Positions 13,617-25,623 of a DNA stretch of 64,000 nt are shown here, piece after piece. The notes beneath the pieces are model-generated. The model was not told the origin of the DNA, searched no databases, and saw only the letters and a list, made by a program, of their open reading frames with translations. Origin of the DNA: Octopus sinensis (Eukaryota); assembly GCF_006345805.1 (NCBI RefSeq), contig NC_043003.1, positions 72,912,001 through 72,976,000 of the forward strand. The letters run 5' to 3'. How positions within the stretch are numbered: position 1 is the first letter of the stretch; every line of letters begins with the position of its first letter. The position numbers were made by a program, and so were the translations under genes.

Positions 13617-14358
13617 GTATGTATGTATGTATGTATGTCTGTATGTATGTGTGTGCCTGTGTGTACATATGTATATATACTTATATGTATGCATACACGG
13701 AGATATGCGAACGCACAAATTTTTGTGTAAATGTATGTGTTTATACATATGTATATACTTATATATATATGTATATGTATATACATATATGTGTGTGCAT
13801 ATATATATGTATGTGTGTGTGTGTATGTGTGTGTGTCTGTTCCTATAAATATAAATAGTATATGTGTATGGGTGTATATACACATAAAGTAACACATAGA
13901 CAAAACCGCAAAGACACATGAAATTTATCAAAAGTGGACATTTGGCCCCAAAGCTCTTCATATTTTATGATCTTAGTCGAAATCCCTAATAGAAATTCCC
14001 AGTTCATTGTTCGCTTTGGTAAATTTACCAATAATTCTTCGATCAAAATCAGTTACTTTCTTTCTTCTTCTGTCTTATTTTGAAAGCCGTAATTAGTTAG
14101 TACCGGTCAAGTTCGGGCAATGTCTTTCATATCTTGTTTTGGAACTTAGCCAAATAAGTTGAAATATGTTCGCCTCAGTCAAATTCATATTGATATCCGT
14201 TGGGTGACAGGCGCATCACAATAATTATATCAGTACAATGATTTTAAATCCCACAGGCCTCGTTCAAGTTTCTTAATCTTGCCATCCAGTGAGTCTTTCC
14301 GTCTTTTGTATTCTTCCTAAATTTCATCTATTTCGTTTTATCATTTGTACGCCTCGAA

Positions 14359-14470
<112 letters not shown>

Positions 14471-15749
14471 GAATGCCCACGGAGAGAGAGAGATAGAGGA
14501 AGAAAAAGATAGGGCATAATAATGAGAGAGAGTGAGAAAGTTGACACACACACACACAAACACATACACACGCACTAAATACATACATTATACACACGTA
14601 TACATACATTTACAGAAACACATATCACTTTTTCAGTGTACGTGTACTGCTTTCTCTCACTCCCGCATGTACTATTTCTCTAAATATATATATATTCTCT
14701 AATTTCACTGGTCCCACTCCTGAACTATATGGTCGTTATATTGACGACATTATCGGTGCCACCTCACTCTCCCGCGAACATCTAGATTCCTTCCTCTCTT
14801 TCGTCCAATCTTTTTCCATCCAACCCTCCACTTCACTTCCACTATCTCCACCCTCTGTCTCCTTCCTCGACATTTCGGTTAGCATTCTTCACTCCACTCT
14901 TACCACCTCCATTCACTACAAACACACAGACTCACACTCATACCTCAACTTCTCTTCCTCCCACCCAGAACACACCAAGCTTTCCATCCCCTATTCCCAA
15001 TTCCTCCGTCTACGTAGGCTCTGTAGTGACGACCATGACTTTGAGACTCAGTCTCACGTATGGCTCACCACTCCACCCTACGGGGATACCCCCTCACCAC
15101 TATCCACACACCGCCCTTGCCAGAGCACGGTCCGTGGACCGCGTATCTGCTCTCTCTCCCCGAACCCGCCCTGTAGTCTCCCGCCTCCCTTTTCCCCTCA
15201 CTTACCACCCCACGACCCTACGTCTCCAACGCACCATTCTTCGAGCTTTCCGTCATCTCCAGTCCGACCCGTCCACTTCACACCTCTTCCCTAACCGACC
15301 CTCCCCTCTTTCAAACGAGCCCACAACCTTCGAGACCTTTTGGTCCATAGCTCCTTCCCTGACCCTACCTCCCAACCCGGCTCGTTCCCCTGCTCCCGCC
15401 CACGTTGCCGCACTTGCCCTTACCTCTCCAACACCACCCCCTCACTAGCACCCACCATCGACCCTATCCCATCATCCACTCCTCACCTGCACCTCCAGCA
15501 AATTATCTATTGCATCTCTTGCTCTCTCTGCAATCCTTGCAACATCGGACAAACGGGACGCCGCTTGGCTGACCGGTTCGCGGAACACCTTCGTGACATC
15601 CACCTTGCGAACGACACACCGGTCTCACGCCATTTCCGCTCCACCGGTCACTCCTTGCAACACCTATCTGTGTTCGGTTTGTCCTTACACAGAGGCCATC
15701 CGGATTCCCGTTTGCGCCGTGAACAGGAATTAAATTTCTCTTCGCTCTT

Positions 15750-16065
15750 ATACGCCATTTGGTCTCAACTCCCCCCTCCTCATCTAAACCCCCTCTCCCC
15801 CCCTCCTCACCTATCCTTTCTCCCCCCGACCCCTATTTCTTCAGTCCTTCATCCTTTCACCCCTACTCCCCTTCCCTTCTTCCCTCTTTCTCCCCCCTCT
15901 TCCCCTTCCCTCTGCTCCTCACTCCCCTCTCCCCTCTCCCTCTTTCCTCCTTCATCCCCCTCCTCCCCTTCCTTCTCCCCCATCCTTCCTCTTCCCCCTT
16001 TCCTCCCCCTCTTCTTCCCCTCCCATTCTCCCCCTCTTCTCCTCCCCCTCTTCTCCTCACTACAC
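15750..16065. repeat. Polypyrimidine/polypurine tract
   Basis: Almost exclusively C/T on the + strand. Confidence 0.95.
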
Positions 16066-16099
16066 CACATGACTTTACACATCACATCACATATGATGT

Positions 16100-16430
16100 G
16101 CCATACTAATACACACAAAACTAATACATACTAATACGTACTAATACATACTAGTACATACTAATACTTACACCAACCTATACATACACACGTCCAGACC
16201 CCGCATACGCACTTATACTCTCTCTCACACACACCACACATACCTATACATACCAATACGTACTAATACATACTAATACATACTAATACATACACCAACC
16301 CCATACATACGCACGTCCAGACCAATCTTACGCACTAATACTCTCTCATACACACACACACACCACACCTTATACATACTAATACATACACCAACCCTAT
16401 ACATACACACATCCAGACCCCTCCCACGCA
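16100..16430. repeat. Tandem ~110-120 bp units with (TACTAATACA) subrepeats in the Penelope 3' region
   Basis: CACCAACC..ATACATAC..CCAGACC occurs three times. Confidence 0.85.
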
Positions 16431-16599
16431 CTTTTAGCTGGTCCCTCAACCCGTTTATCAACCCTATTATCTCCCCTTATTTCGCTCTCGCGTCTCATGT
16501 TTGATCTTTGACCTCTGGCCGAAATCAGATCGCATGTTGATTCGTTAGCTACTGCACGCATTTTTCTCTCCTTCTTTCTGTGTTTTTCTCCTCTGTGTA

Positions 16600-16637
16600 T
16601 CTTTCTGTTGAAGAGCGTAGGCTCGAAACGTTAAAGA
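16600..16637 (+). ncRNA. Minimal type I hammerhead-ribozyme motif at the end of a Penelope-like element (core variant CUGUUGA)
   Basis: TCTTT-CTGTTGA-A-GAGC gtag GCTC-GAAAC-GTT-AAAGA. Stem I is TCTTT/AAAGA, stem II is GAGC/GCTC, with palindromic AACGTT; the A6 core position is T. Confidence 0.65.
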
Positions 16638-16734
16638 CTTGTTTTATTTATATTTCCTGAGCGCCATACTAATACATTGTTCGTTTGTTTTCCACCTGCC
16701 TTCGTCTTTTGTTTATTTTCATAAAGCTTCCCGT

Positions 16735-16769
<35 letters not shown>

Positions 16770-16802
16770 TATATATATATATGTATGTATATATATATAT
16801 AT

Positions 16803-17697
16803 ATACAAGATAAGAAAATGGAGAAATACATCTAAATCAACTATCAATTAACAGATAATACTCAATCACATACTTTATTAAACCACCATATAAGAGACTG
16901 TGGGGTTGGAACGCGGACATACATATGTGCCACTTTGGATTCTAATGTAAGCGTTATTAATAATATTATGAATGATAATAATGGTAGCATTAATGCTATT
17001 GACAACGATAATGATGCAAACTTTAATGACACTTTAGAAATTAGTATGAAATAATATAATGTACTATTGACTATGTATATTTGCATCTAGGTACTAATAT
17101 GTATATGTTTATTATCACAATATTAAGTTGAAAAACTGAAACATTGAATGTGGAACATATATATGTTTACTAATTTATATTATTTATTTACATCATTATG
17201 TACATGTATATTTTTATATGTATAGGAGTGTGAGTATATGTACTCATATGTATATGTATATGTTGTATTATGGGTATGTACCCACACCCATGTGGGTATA
17301 TATGTAGACCGATTTATATTACATAATCTCCGAAGAGGCCTTATGATATTTTTGTAAATGTCTCATTTATATCTATATATTGACCTACCATAAAGGGCTA
17401 ATATTGGTAAAATGAGACATACATGGCCGAAACAGCTGTAAGATGTAATCTATACTAATATTTATATTTACTTATATTTATATTCTCTTTTTTATATATA
17501 TATTCTACTTATTATACAACATTACTCTTTTATGTACACTTTTTTATATACATTCCTTTATGTACACTGATTTGTTCTGCTTTTTTATGTTTAACCCCAC
17601 AGTCTCTTATATGGTGGTTTAATAAAGTATGTGATTGAGTATCATCTGGTAATTGATATTTGATTTAGATGTATTTCTCCATTTTCTTATCTTGTAT
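16803..17697. repeat. 105-bp inverted repeats (16803-16907 / 17593-17697) enclosing a hammerhead motif; probable Penelope pseudo-LTR inverted structure
   Basis: The reverse complement of 17593-17697 matches 16803-16907 with about 3 mismatches. Confidence 0.9.
17318..17449 (+). ncRNA. Type I hammerhead-like motif with a long stem II
   Basis: ATTACAT(AAT)CT-CCGAAGA-GGCC...ATGTCTCATTT/AAATGAGACAT...GGCC-GAA-ACAGCTGT-A-AGATGTAAT. Helix III is palindromic (ACAGCTGT) with a GUA cleavage triplet; U4 is replaced by C. Confidence 0.6.
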
Positions 17698-17868
17698 TAG
17701 TAATTTGTGGTAAATCATTTTACCTTTGCCCATATAATACAGTAAATGAATTGATTGCATCGCAATCCTTAACATTTATGTATTAACTTTGTTTGGTACT
17801 TCACTAGCAGTATATTGGATATATGTTATCCCATGGAGGGTTGCATTTACAACCCCTATCTCAATTTG

Positions 17869-17900
<32 letters not shown>

Positions 17901-17956
17901 TATATATGTGTATGTATATATTTGTATAGATCTATATATGTATGTATATGTGTATG

Positions 17957-18057
<101 letters not shown>

Positions 18058-19234
18058 AAGTATGATTGTTTATCTCTCTATCGATATAACCTTCTTCATA
18101 CGGTCGGGACTGACATGTATTTCAACATTTCGAAGCAGGAATTTCTGTTCTGCATTAGAATTGGTAGGTTCTCAATTTCATGTGTGTTTTCACCCTCTAC
18201 CATTTCACTGAAGGATTTTCTCATCAAATAACCTATTGTTTAGCTAAATAGTAGTGACAAATATTGTCTACATTGTGCTTAGCAAAAGCGGTAAAGATGG
18301 AAGGAATGTATACGTAATACTTCTTGGTCTTATATATGTAGATTTATATGTATTCATGTACATATATATAAGTATGTATGTATGTTTGTAAATATGTATA
18401 TACGTATAAATATGCAGAGAGAAGGAGAGAAAGGAATAGAAAGAGAGAGAGAGAAGGAGAGAGTAGAAGAGATAGGGTAGAGTATCACATGTTTATTGCT
18501 ATTATAAGCCCTCATACTTGTGACACCTGAACTTTTTCTTGTTGAAGTCGTTCCTCTCCTTCCTTCCTTCCTTTCTTCCTTTCTTTCTTTCTTCTTTCTT
18601 TCTTTCTTTCCGTTTGTCCCTCTACTTGTATGTGCGTATTTCAATATCCCCACCTTTAGCAGTTCTTCTACTTTCTATTCATTTTATAATACCTGTACAT
18701 ACACAAACGCATATTTAGTATACAATTTTTTCCCTCTGGTTACAATAAACATATACTGAAACTGTATTTACAGAGTAAAATTATTTGATGACAAATAATC
18801 ACGATACCACAAGGGGTTTTAAAATTAAAGGTGAGGGTTAGTGATTGTAAATTTGCACTAAAAATTGAAAATAAAGAAATGATTATATGAACAGCGTGAC
18901 TCGGTAACTCTCTCAACTACATAAGAGACAACAGGAAAGATAACAGAACATTCTAAGCTCTTTACCACTCTTTTCCAGATTGCACAAAAGCTAATCATCC
19001 ACATTTTGCCGTTAGAGAGCTTTGATGCGGTTACAGTATTAAGTGTATCATGAATGAGATCAGCGAGGAACATAAAACCGCTTGAAAAGCAGTTTTAATG
19101 AAGTGTGTTCAAGTGTTTCATGAGAAGGGTTAGGGTTAATTTATTCTTAATGCTACGATTCGAGATAGAGTTTATTTGACTAGTATTAATAAGTAAACTA
19201 CAGAGTTCACGTTGACATGAATTAGCTATATATA

Positions 19235-20090
19235 CAGGGTGCGCCAGTTTTTTTAGGACACCTCTTCCAAGTGGTCTTTCTTCCAACTTATTTATTTTAG
19301 TTTACTTTTTTGATGAATAATGTCAGACATCAGGTTGACTCAGCAAAGAAAAGGCACGCTCTGATTGCTGCCTTTAAAGCGCCACTTCCTGAAAGTTGCT
19401 CGATTCTTAGTTATCAAAGTTCGATAGGAGCTGGAAGCTACTGATAGTGATCAAACGTCAACAGCTAAACGCAAAACGTAAAACGTAAGCACGTGGTCCT
19501 AATACCATCAGAACACATAACTTTGTACAAAACGTACAAGAAATAATAAATAAATCATCACCGGAAAGTCAATCAGAGCCATTGCAAAGGAACTCAAGGT
19601 TTAAGAATGCACCAGCAGAAGAGTTCTACATGAGGGCATCTAGTGCAAGTCGTAGCTGATGTGGAGGGATCAGTTTACGTTGGATGTGAGAAAAGAGAAT
19701 CGTTCGATCCGTGTAAAGCACTTGCTAAACAATTTAAAATACCAAGAGGCTGGAATGCTTTGATTTCTCTCCGATGACAAAACTTCGATCAGGCCCAAAA
19801 GGTAAACCAAAAGAACGAGATATGGTTATGCAGATATCTGAATGAAGTTCCAGCAGACATATATACTGAGTTCCTAGCAACGGTGCTTGTTCTGTGAGTC
19901 ATCAGCAACGAGGGAGATAGGCCCCCTTACTTTTTTCTGTTTAGGCAGCGGTACTGGAGAAAGTTGTGAGGCTCTAGATAGGCAGAGTACGCAACGGAAG
20001 GTTGTGTGTCTTCAAACAAGACCCTGCACTGGCTCATATGGCAAGGACAAACCCAAGCGTGTCAGTGCAATCTTCTAGTGAAAACATGTT
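19235..20090 (+). mobile_element. Tc1/mariner superfamily transposase relic, maT/DD37D-like
   Basis: TA-CAGGGTG start; PGKSIRAIAKELKV; FLSDDKTFDQAQKVNQKN; VLEKVV..FKQDPALAHMAR. Confidence 0.75.
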
Positions 20091-20838
20091 AACAGACCTA
20101 GGATAGCATCCGATTGACTGGCACTTCTCTTCGAGGTTAGGAAATACTTTAATCGTCAACAGTTGTTATAATACTTCGCAAACATATTAAAGATATCTTT
20201 CCAAATGCTCGTGACGCTAGACTCTTACAGACGAAACCTTCACATGTCTGTTATGTATATTTGATAGCTATGAATTAATGCTTCATTCTCTCATATGTAC
20301 TTGGCCCATCACTGGTTTCAAACTAAAGACTATATTTCTGAAGTGAATGCCACAACGTGTTAATCTATGTCACTGACACATGATCAGTTTGTTTAGAGGA
20401 GTAAGGTTCAAGAGAAAAGTTTGAAAATCACAGTGTTGTATCCAAAAATTAATATGGCTGCCAAAGTGGATAGTTTGCAAAATGTTGCAAAACAAATTCA
20501 GACATGCAATTACCAATCTTTCATTAGGCAGATTTAGCTATTAAATACACACACACACACACACACACACACACGAAAACACACACACTCACACGCACGC
20601 ACGCATGCACGCCGCACGCACGCACGCACGCACACACACGCGCGCGCACATAGATCATGATTATTACATTAGCAACGATCATGAAAGTATTTATTAGAAA
20701 CATTTCTCTCTAAAAATTCATTCTAATTGACCGTCCTTGGAAGCTAATTGAGTAAAGATTGTATGCTAAATAAAGCACATTTTCTCCTTCTCCCATCACA
20801 AACACATATACGCTTAGGCACATACATACATACATACA

Positions 20839-20872
<34 letters not shown>

Positions 20873-21027
20873 AATACATACATATAAAACACGCATAAAC
20901 ACACGTCTATTTGCATTCCAATATATATGAGTTTTTGATACAATTTCAATTTATTTGTAATTATATGTTAGGCGTTTTCATGAATTCAAAATTCAATAAA
21001 TGATTATCATTGGCAATAATATTTCAG

Positions 21028-21028
21028 G

Positions 21029-21120
<92 letters not shown>

Positions 21121-21218
21121 CTTACCTACCTACCTACTGCCTACCTACCTACCTACCTACCTACCTACCTACCTACCTACCTACCTACCTACATACCTAT
21201 CTACCTACCATCTATCTT

Positions 21219-21278
<60 letters not shown>

Positions 21279-21375
21279 CTTACCTACCTACCTACTGCCT
21301 TCCTACCTACCTACCTACCTACCTACCTACCTACCTACCTACCTACCTACCTACATACATACCTATCTACCTACC

Positions 21376-21459
<84 letters not shown>

Positions 21460-21460
21460 C
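21028..21460. repeat. Compound (TCTA)n/(CCTA)n microsatellite with an internal higher-order duplication (~160 bp)
   Basis: The block CTTACCTACC...CTGCCT...CATACCTATCTACCTACCATCT occurs twice (~21121 and ~21279). Confidence 0.95.
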
Positions 21461-21461
21461 T

Positions 21462-23178
21462 CGACGTCACCGTCATAGTGTCAAGCCACGAGCACATCGA
21501 GCAGGTCGGCGAGACACTGAAAAACTACGAAGCGGTGACAGGAGCAAAAATCAACCGGGAAAAGTCAGTGGGCTTGCGACTAGGCACCTGGAGAAGCAAG
21601 CCCATGACGTCCACCAGCGCCTCCGTCGTGGGACGCTGGACCGACGGTCCGGTTGAGTTGCTCGGGGTCTGGTTCGGTCCGGACCTCCAAGTGGAAAAGA
21701 ATTGGAACGAGATAACGAGTAGGGTGGTCACTCTCGCCCGACAATGGGCCGGAGGAAACTGTCCCTAAAAGGTCGGCCGGAGGTGGCGAACACGTACATC
21801 GCGTCCGTCATCTACTACCGCCTGACCGTCGTACCTTGTCCCGACCCTACCATCACCAAACTAGAACGCATTCTCTTTCGCTTCTTGTGGAAAGGATGCG
21901 TCCCGATGGTCAGGCGATCCATTTACTGCCAACAGCCGTTAAAAGGAGGACTGGGCATGCCGTGGTTGATGATGCGCAGACACGCGCTGAGACTGCGACA
22001 TCTCAGGCTCTTCGTAGACGTCGGTGAACAGGTGTGGTCGCCGTTTGTGAGGCACGCATTCCCGCAGCTCGTCTCTATGACCGAACTGCAGTTGTGAATC
22101 AAAAAGAGGCCGAAGAAGGGCGTATGGCACCGCAAGTGTCGCGTTGCTCTCAAGCAAATCTGCCGTCCTGGATCGACCTTGAGTGACTCCATCACAACCA
22201 AATCATTCTATAGGGGATTAGTGGAGGGGATGTACGAGCTCGGGGCGAACCTGGACGTCGACGAGGAATACCTGACCCGCCTGTTCAGGACGACTTTCGG
22301 GCCAGGGCCCATGGACAACTTCCAGAGATCCCTGGCCTGGTAGTGCTACCGAGAAGCGCTACCCGTTCGGGATAAGCTCTACAGACACGGCTCTAGAAAC
22401 ACGGGGCCGACCTGCCCGAGATGCGGTCAGAGCGAGGAAACCGTTCTGCACGCACTCGTGCAGTGTCCAACAATTTCCGACCTGTGGGCTTATGTCGAAC
22501 AACTGCTGTCACATGTGGGATGAGTCGGTTTATCAGCTGAGTCTATCGTCAATATCGTCACGCCTCCTTCCTTCAAACGGGAAGGAAGAGCTATTTTTAT
22601 CATACTTGTGGCTATGGCGAAAGAATGTATCTGGTGGACGCGCCTGAAAGGATTAGAGACAAACACTTTCCTCTCTGGTCAATCTCTCATCAACTTCTTC
22701 AAGTATCACTTGAAGAGGAAAGTGAGAGTAGAGAGGCAATTTTGTCTAGTGAATGTTTTAAAAGATGGGTGAATGTAGCAAGGATGGCACGTATGAATGA
22801 CGAAGCCACCTTGACTATGATTCTATGAACCGTAAAAATTAATATAGAGAGTTGCTTATTTGCAAAAAAAAAAAAAGAAATATAACATGTGACTTCATTG
22901 ACCGAGGTTACCGTGGTCTTTTCCGTAGGCTTTTCTTTCCACGGGTAAACCTCACCTATCCTCCCCTTTACACTTCATATTGACATTTCTGTGATAACGA
23001 TCCCTATCGGTCAATTGTTTTTCTTCTCCCCCTTTTTTTAACCCCCCTTTTTTGTCCTCTTTCTTTCCGTTTACGATCCCTTTTGATCGAACCCCCCTTT
23101 TTTTTACCCCCAAAAGAAAAGCTCTGGCTTGTAATTTGTTCTATCTGTGTGCAGCCCTGTGTGGCTAATAAAGAAACA
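21462..23178 (+). mobile_element. 5'-truncated copy of the same Tx1-like LINE
   Basis: Colinear with 27613-29353 (9 differences in the first ~200 nt). Carries frameshifts and stops, has the same 3' end GGCTAATAAAGAAACA, and is bounded by TCTA/TATC repeats on both sides. Confidence 0.95.
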
Positions 23179-23419
23179 TATCTATCTATCTATCTATCGG
23201 ACAGACAGACGCAAGTCAAATGGGCTCCACGTAAGTTGGTATTTTTATACGTTCAAAAGTGTATATTGACATATATTTTGTGTTTAAAAGTTGTGCAACA
23301 ACATCCACTGCAAACCTTTGATAAATATCTACACAAAATTTTGCCCCTTGCGGGCAAAATTAAAAAAAAATAAGATTCTCATAGCCTTCGTGGTTTCATT
23401 TAGCCATTTTAATTTCAAA

Positions 23420-25623
23420 GTGGCCACTGGTCACCACGAGGCTGATGTGCAAGTCAGCGGTGACGCAGAGACAGAAAACAGGATGCTCTGTTAGCATACG
23501 CTGAACCTGACAACAACACCACCTCCACCACCATCAACATCGACAACAGCAAAACAATACAAAACAAAGGTCGCAAGGCCAAGCACCGTCAACACCATCA
23601 GTGAGTCCACCACCAACACCGACAACAACACCATGGCAGAATCTGCTACTAAAACTGCTATCCCTGCTAAAGACATAGCCATCAATAACAATACCAACAT
23701 CACCATCACCGCCACCAAAGACCGTGCCGTCAATGCTACTAATACCACTAACACCACCGCCGTCACCAAGAACGACAATAACAACAACAACAACAACAAC
23801 AACGACGACAACAACAATTCCCTTCAACCACTGCTCACTCCATCACCAACAAGTGAAAAAATAACGACGACAAGCAAACGAAATGCCGAAATTTGTGCTA
23901 ATGCAGGACTAAATTACGCAGACAATTTTCCACCCCTTGCTAGTTGCATAATCAGCAACCACAAACCTACAACCCACACCCCTGCCATCAACACCAACAC
24001 CACCGGCAGTAACAACAATAACAAAACAACAACAAACTTCGCCGAGCCGATAAAAGAAAAGGTAACAAAAGTTTCGTTTACTACACAACAGATAAAAGAT
24101 TGCAGACACCTTATTACAAATGAAAACGGAAAAATACTCTTACACATACCTCAACACATACTAAATGAGGAAAAAAAGAAGACAATTGTCTATAAAATAA
24201 CGAATAAAAAAACTAAAAGTCCAGAAAAGGCAAGCACAGAGAAAATAGAAAAGTGCTTACGCCCCATCTGGGGATACAAGGATTGTGTGACTTGGGCGAA
24301 CAAGTTCGCACACGTACAGGTGGTTTTTCAGAATGAAGAGTTGGCGAAGAAATTCTGATGAACTAACGATGACACCGAGTTACCTCGGCCAGAAGGTGAC
24401 GAAGGTCATTATCAGTGGTGTCCCCCAAGTGACTACAACACTGTGGATAACATCCGCCTTAACATCCGAAATGGAGGACTTAAACATCCTAGATATCGGT
24501 GTTTCGGAAAACAAGGACTGGCTGGGAAAGAGAATAGAGTTCCTCTTCCACATAAGTCAAGAGGACATAAATAAAATCCCCACCCACGTACATCTTGAGG
24601 ATGCCGCAAGTTATACGTAGTAGTCGAGGGCAGAAGGCCACGATGCTATACATGTGGCAGTGAGGCACACCTCAAAAAGGAGTGCAAATCTGCCGCAAAA
24701 TTACAACAACAACAACAGCCACAGAAAAATCACAAAAGCCAGCATTATTGCCCACACCACAATATGGACAGCTAGTCAAGAAGCTGTATGCGGAAATGCA
24801 AGAAAAACCAACAAAGAACAAGCCAACCCAACCAAACAACACCAACACCAGCGCCAAGAACAGAATCATCACCACCAACAACAAATAAACCAATTCCAAC
24901 ACCAAGAATAACAACGAAGAAGACAAGCACCAAGGATGTAGGAGAGACAATAACCACAACAAACCCCCCAGCAACACCCTCCCCGCGCACCACAACAATA
25001 TCTACAACCGCACAAACACACCCAGACGATTTACCCTTGCCCCCTGCTGATTCGTCAGACTTTTCATCTAACGATGAAAGTTCGACAGAATGGCAAATAG
25101 CCACAGGGGGTAAAAGAAAAAGATCAAGAAAAACCAAACAAGAAATCGCAACCAAAGCAGGGAGATACCTGAACCCTGAAAGCTCCATACACAACAAAAC
25201 AAGCACCAAGACCACAAAAACAATGCTATCAGCGATAGACACCAAAGACTCCAACTAATGGAGTACATCACAGGATACACAACATTTTGTGAAGATGACT
25301 TTAAAAATAGCAATCATCAACGCACTACACCACCCAAACACATCAGAATACTACACATCACACAAACACAACACCACAAACTCAAAGCCCTCTTCCCAAA
25401 TGCTGTAGGGGGTTTCCAGAAATATCTGTCCCAAAAACTATATAAAAACCTCCTCGAAGACACATCAAAGAACGAGGAAGCCAAAACTTTCGACACAAGT
25501 AACTCTCTGTACTTTCATTTGTGTGTTTTAAAGCACACACCCCAATGGAATCATGGTCAAGATTGGTTGTGTGAATGCGCGTGGCTTGGGGTCTCCTTGG
25601 AAACAAAGATACCTCCTAAATGA
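23420..25623 (+). pseudogene. Tx1-type ORF1 (gag-like: low-complexity N-terminus, RRM-like region, single CCHC zinc knuckle), disrupted
   Basis: The frame starts at GTG 23420 (ATG in the paralog at 29621), with a TAG at 23492 and frameshifts near 24355, 24615 and downstream. The knuckle YVVVEGRRPR-CYTCGSEAHLKKEC (CX2CX4HX4C) is at 24644-24685. The last fragment overlaps the ORF2 start. Confidence 0.85.

Larger units (their letters stand above)
14698..16735 (+). mobile_element. 5'-truncated Penelope-like element (Neptune-like): RT C-terminus, Cys-rich linker, GIY-YIG, pyrimidine tract, tandem repeats and a terminal region with a hammerhead motif
   Basis: GRYIDD, HYKHTDSHSYL..SSHPEHTKLSIPYSQFLRLRRLCS, CSRPRCRTC, IIYCISC..NIGQTGRRLADRFAEH. 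Confidence 0.9.

Noticed and set aside
15759-16134. Pro/Ser-rich and Gly/Arg/Glu-rich ORFs
   Set aside because: Translation of the polypyrimidine tract.
18930-19110. Possible hAT dimerisation-domain relic
   Set aside because: Similarity is too weak to call by eye.
19128-19138. GGTTAGGGTTA telomere-like motif
   Set aside because: Only two units; expected by chance.
23491-25313. Hydrophobic Val/Leu-rich minus-strand ORFs resembling membrane proteins
   Set aside because: Antisense of the (ACA/AAC)-rich LINE ORF1.
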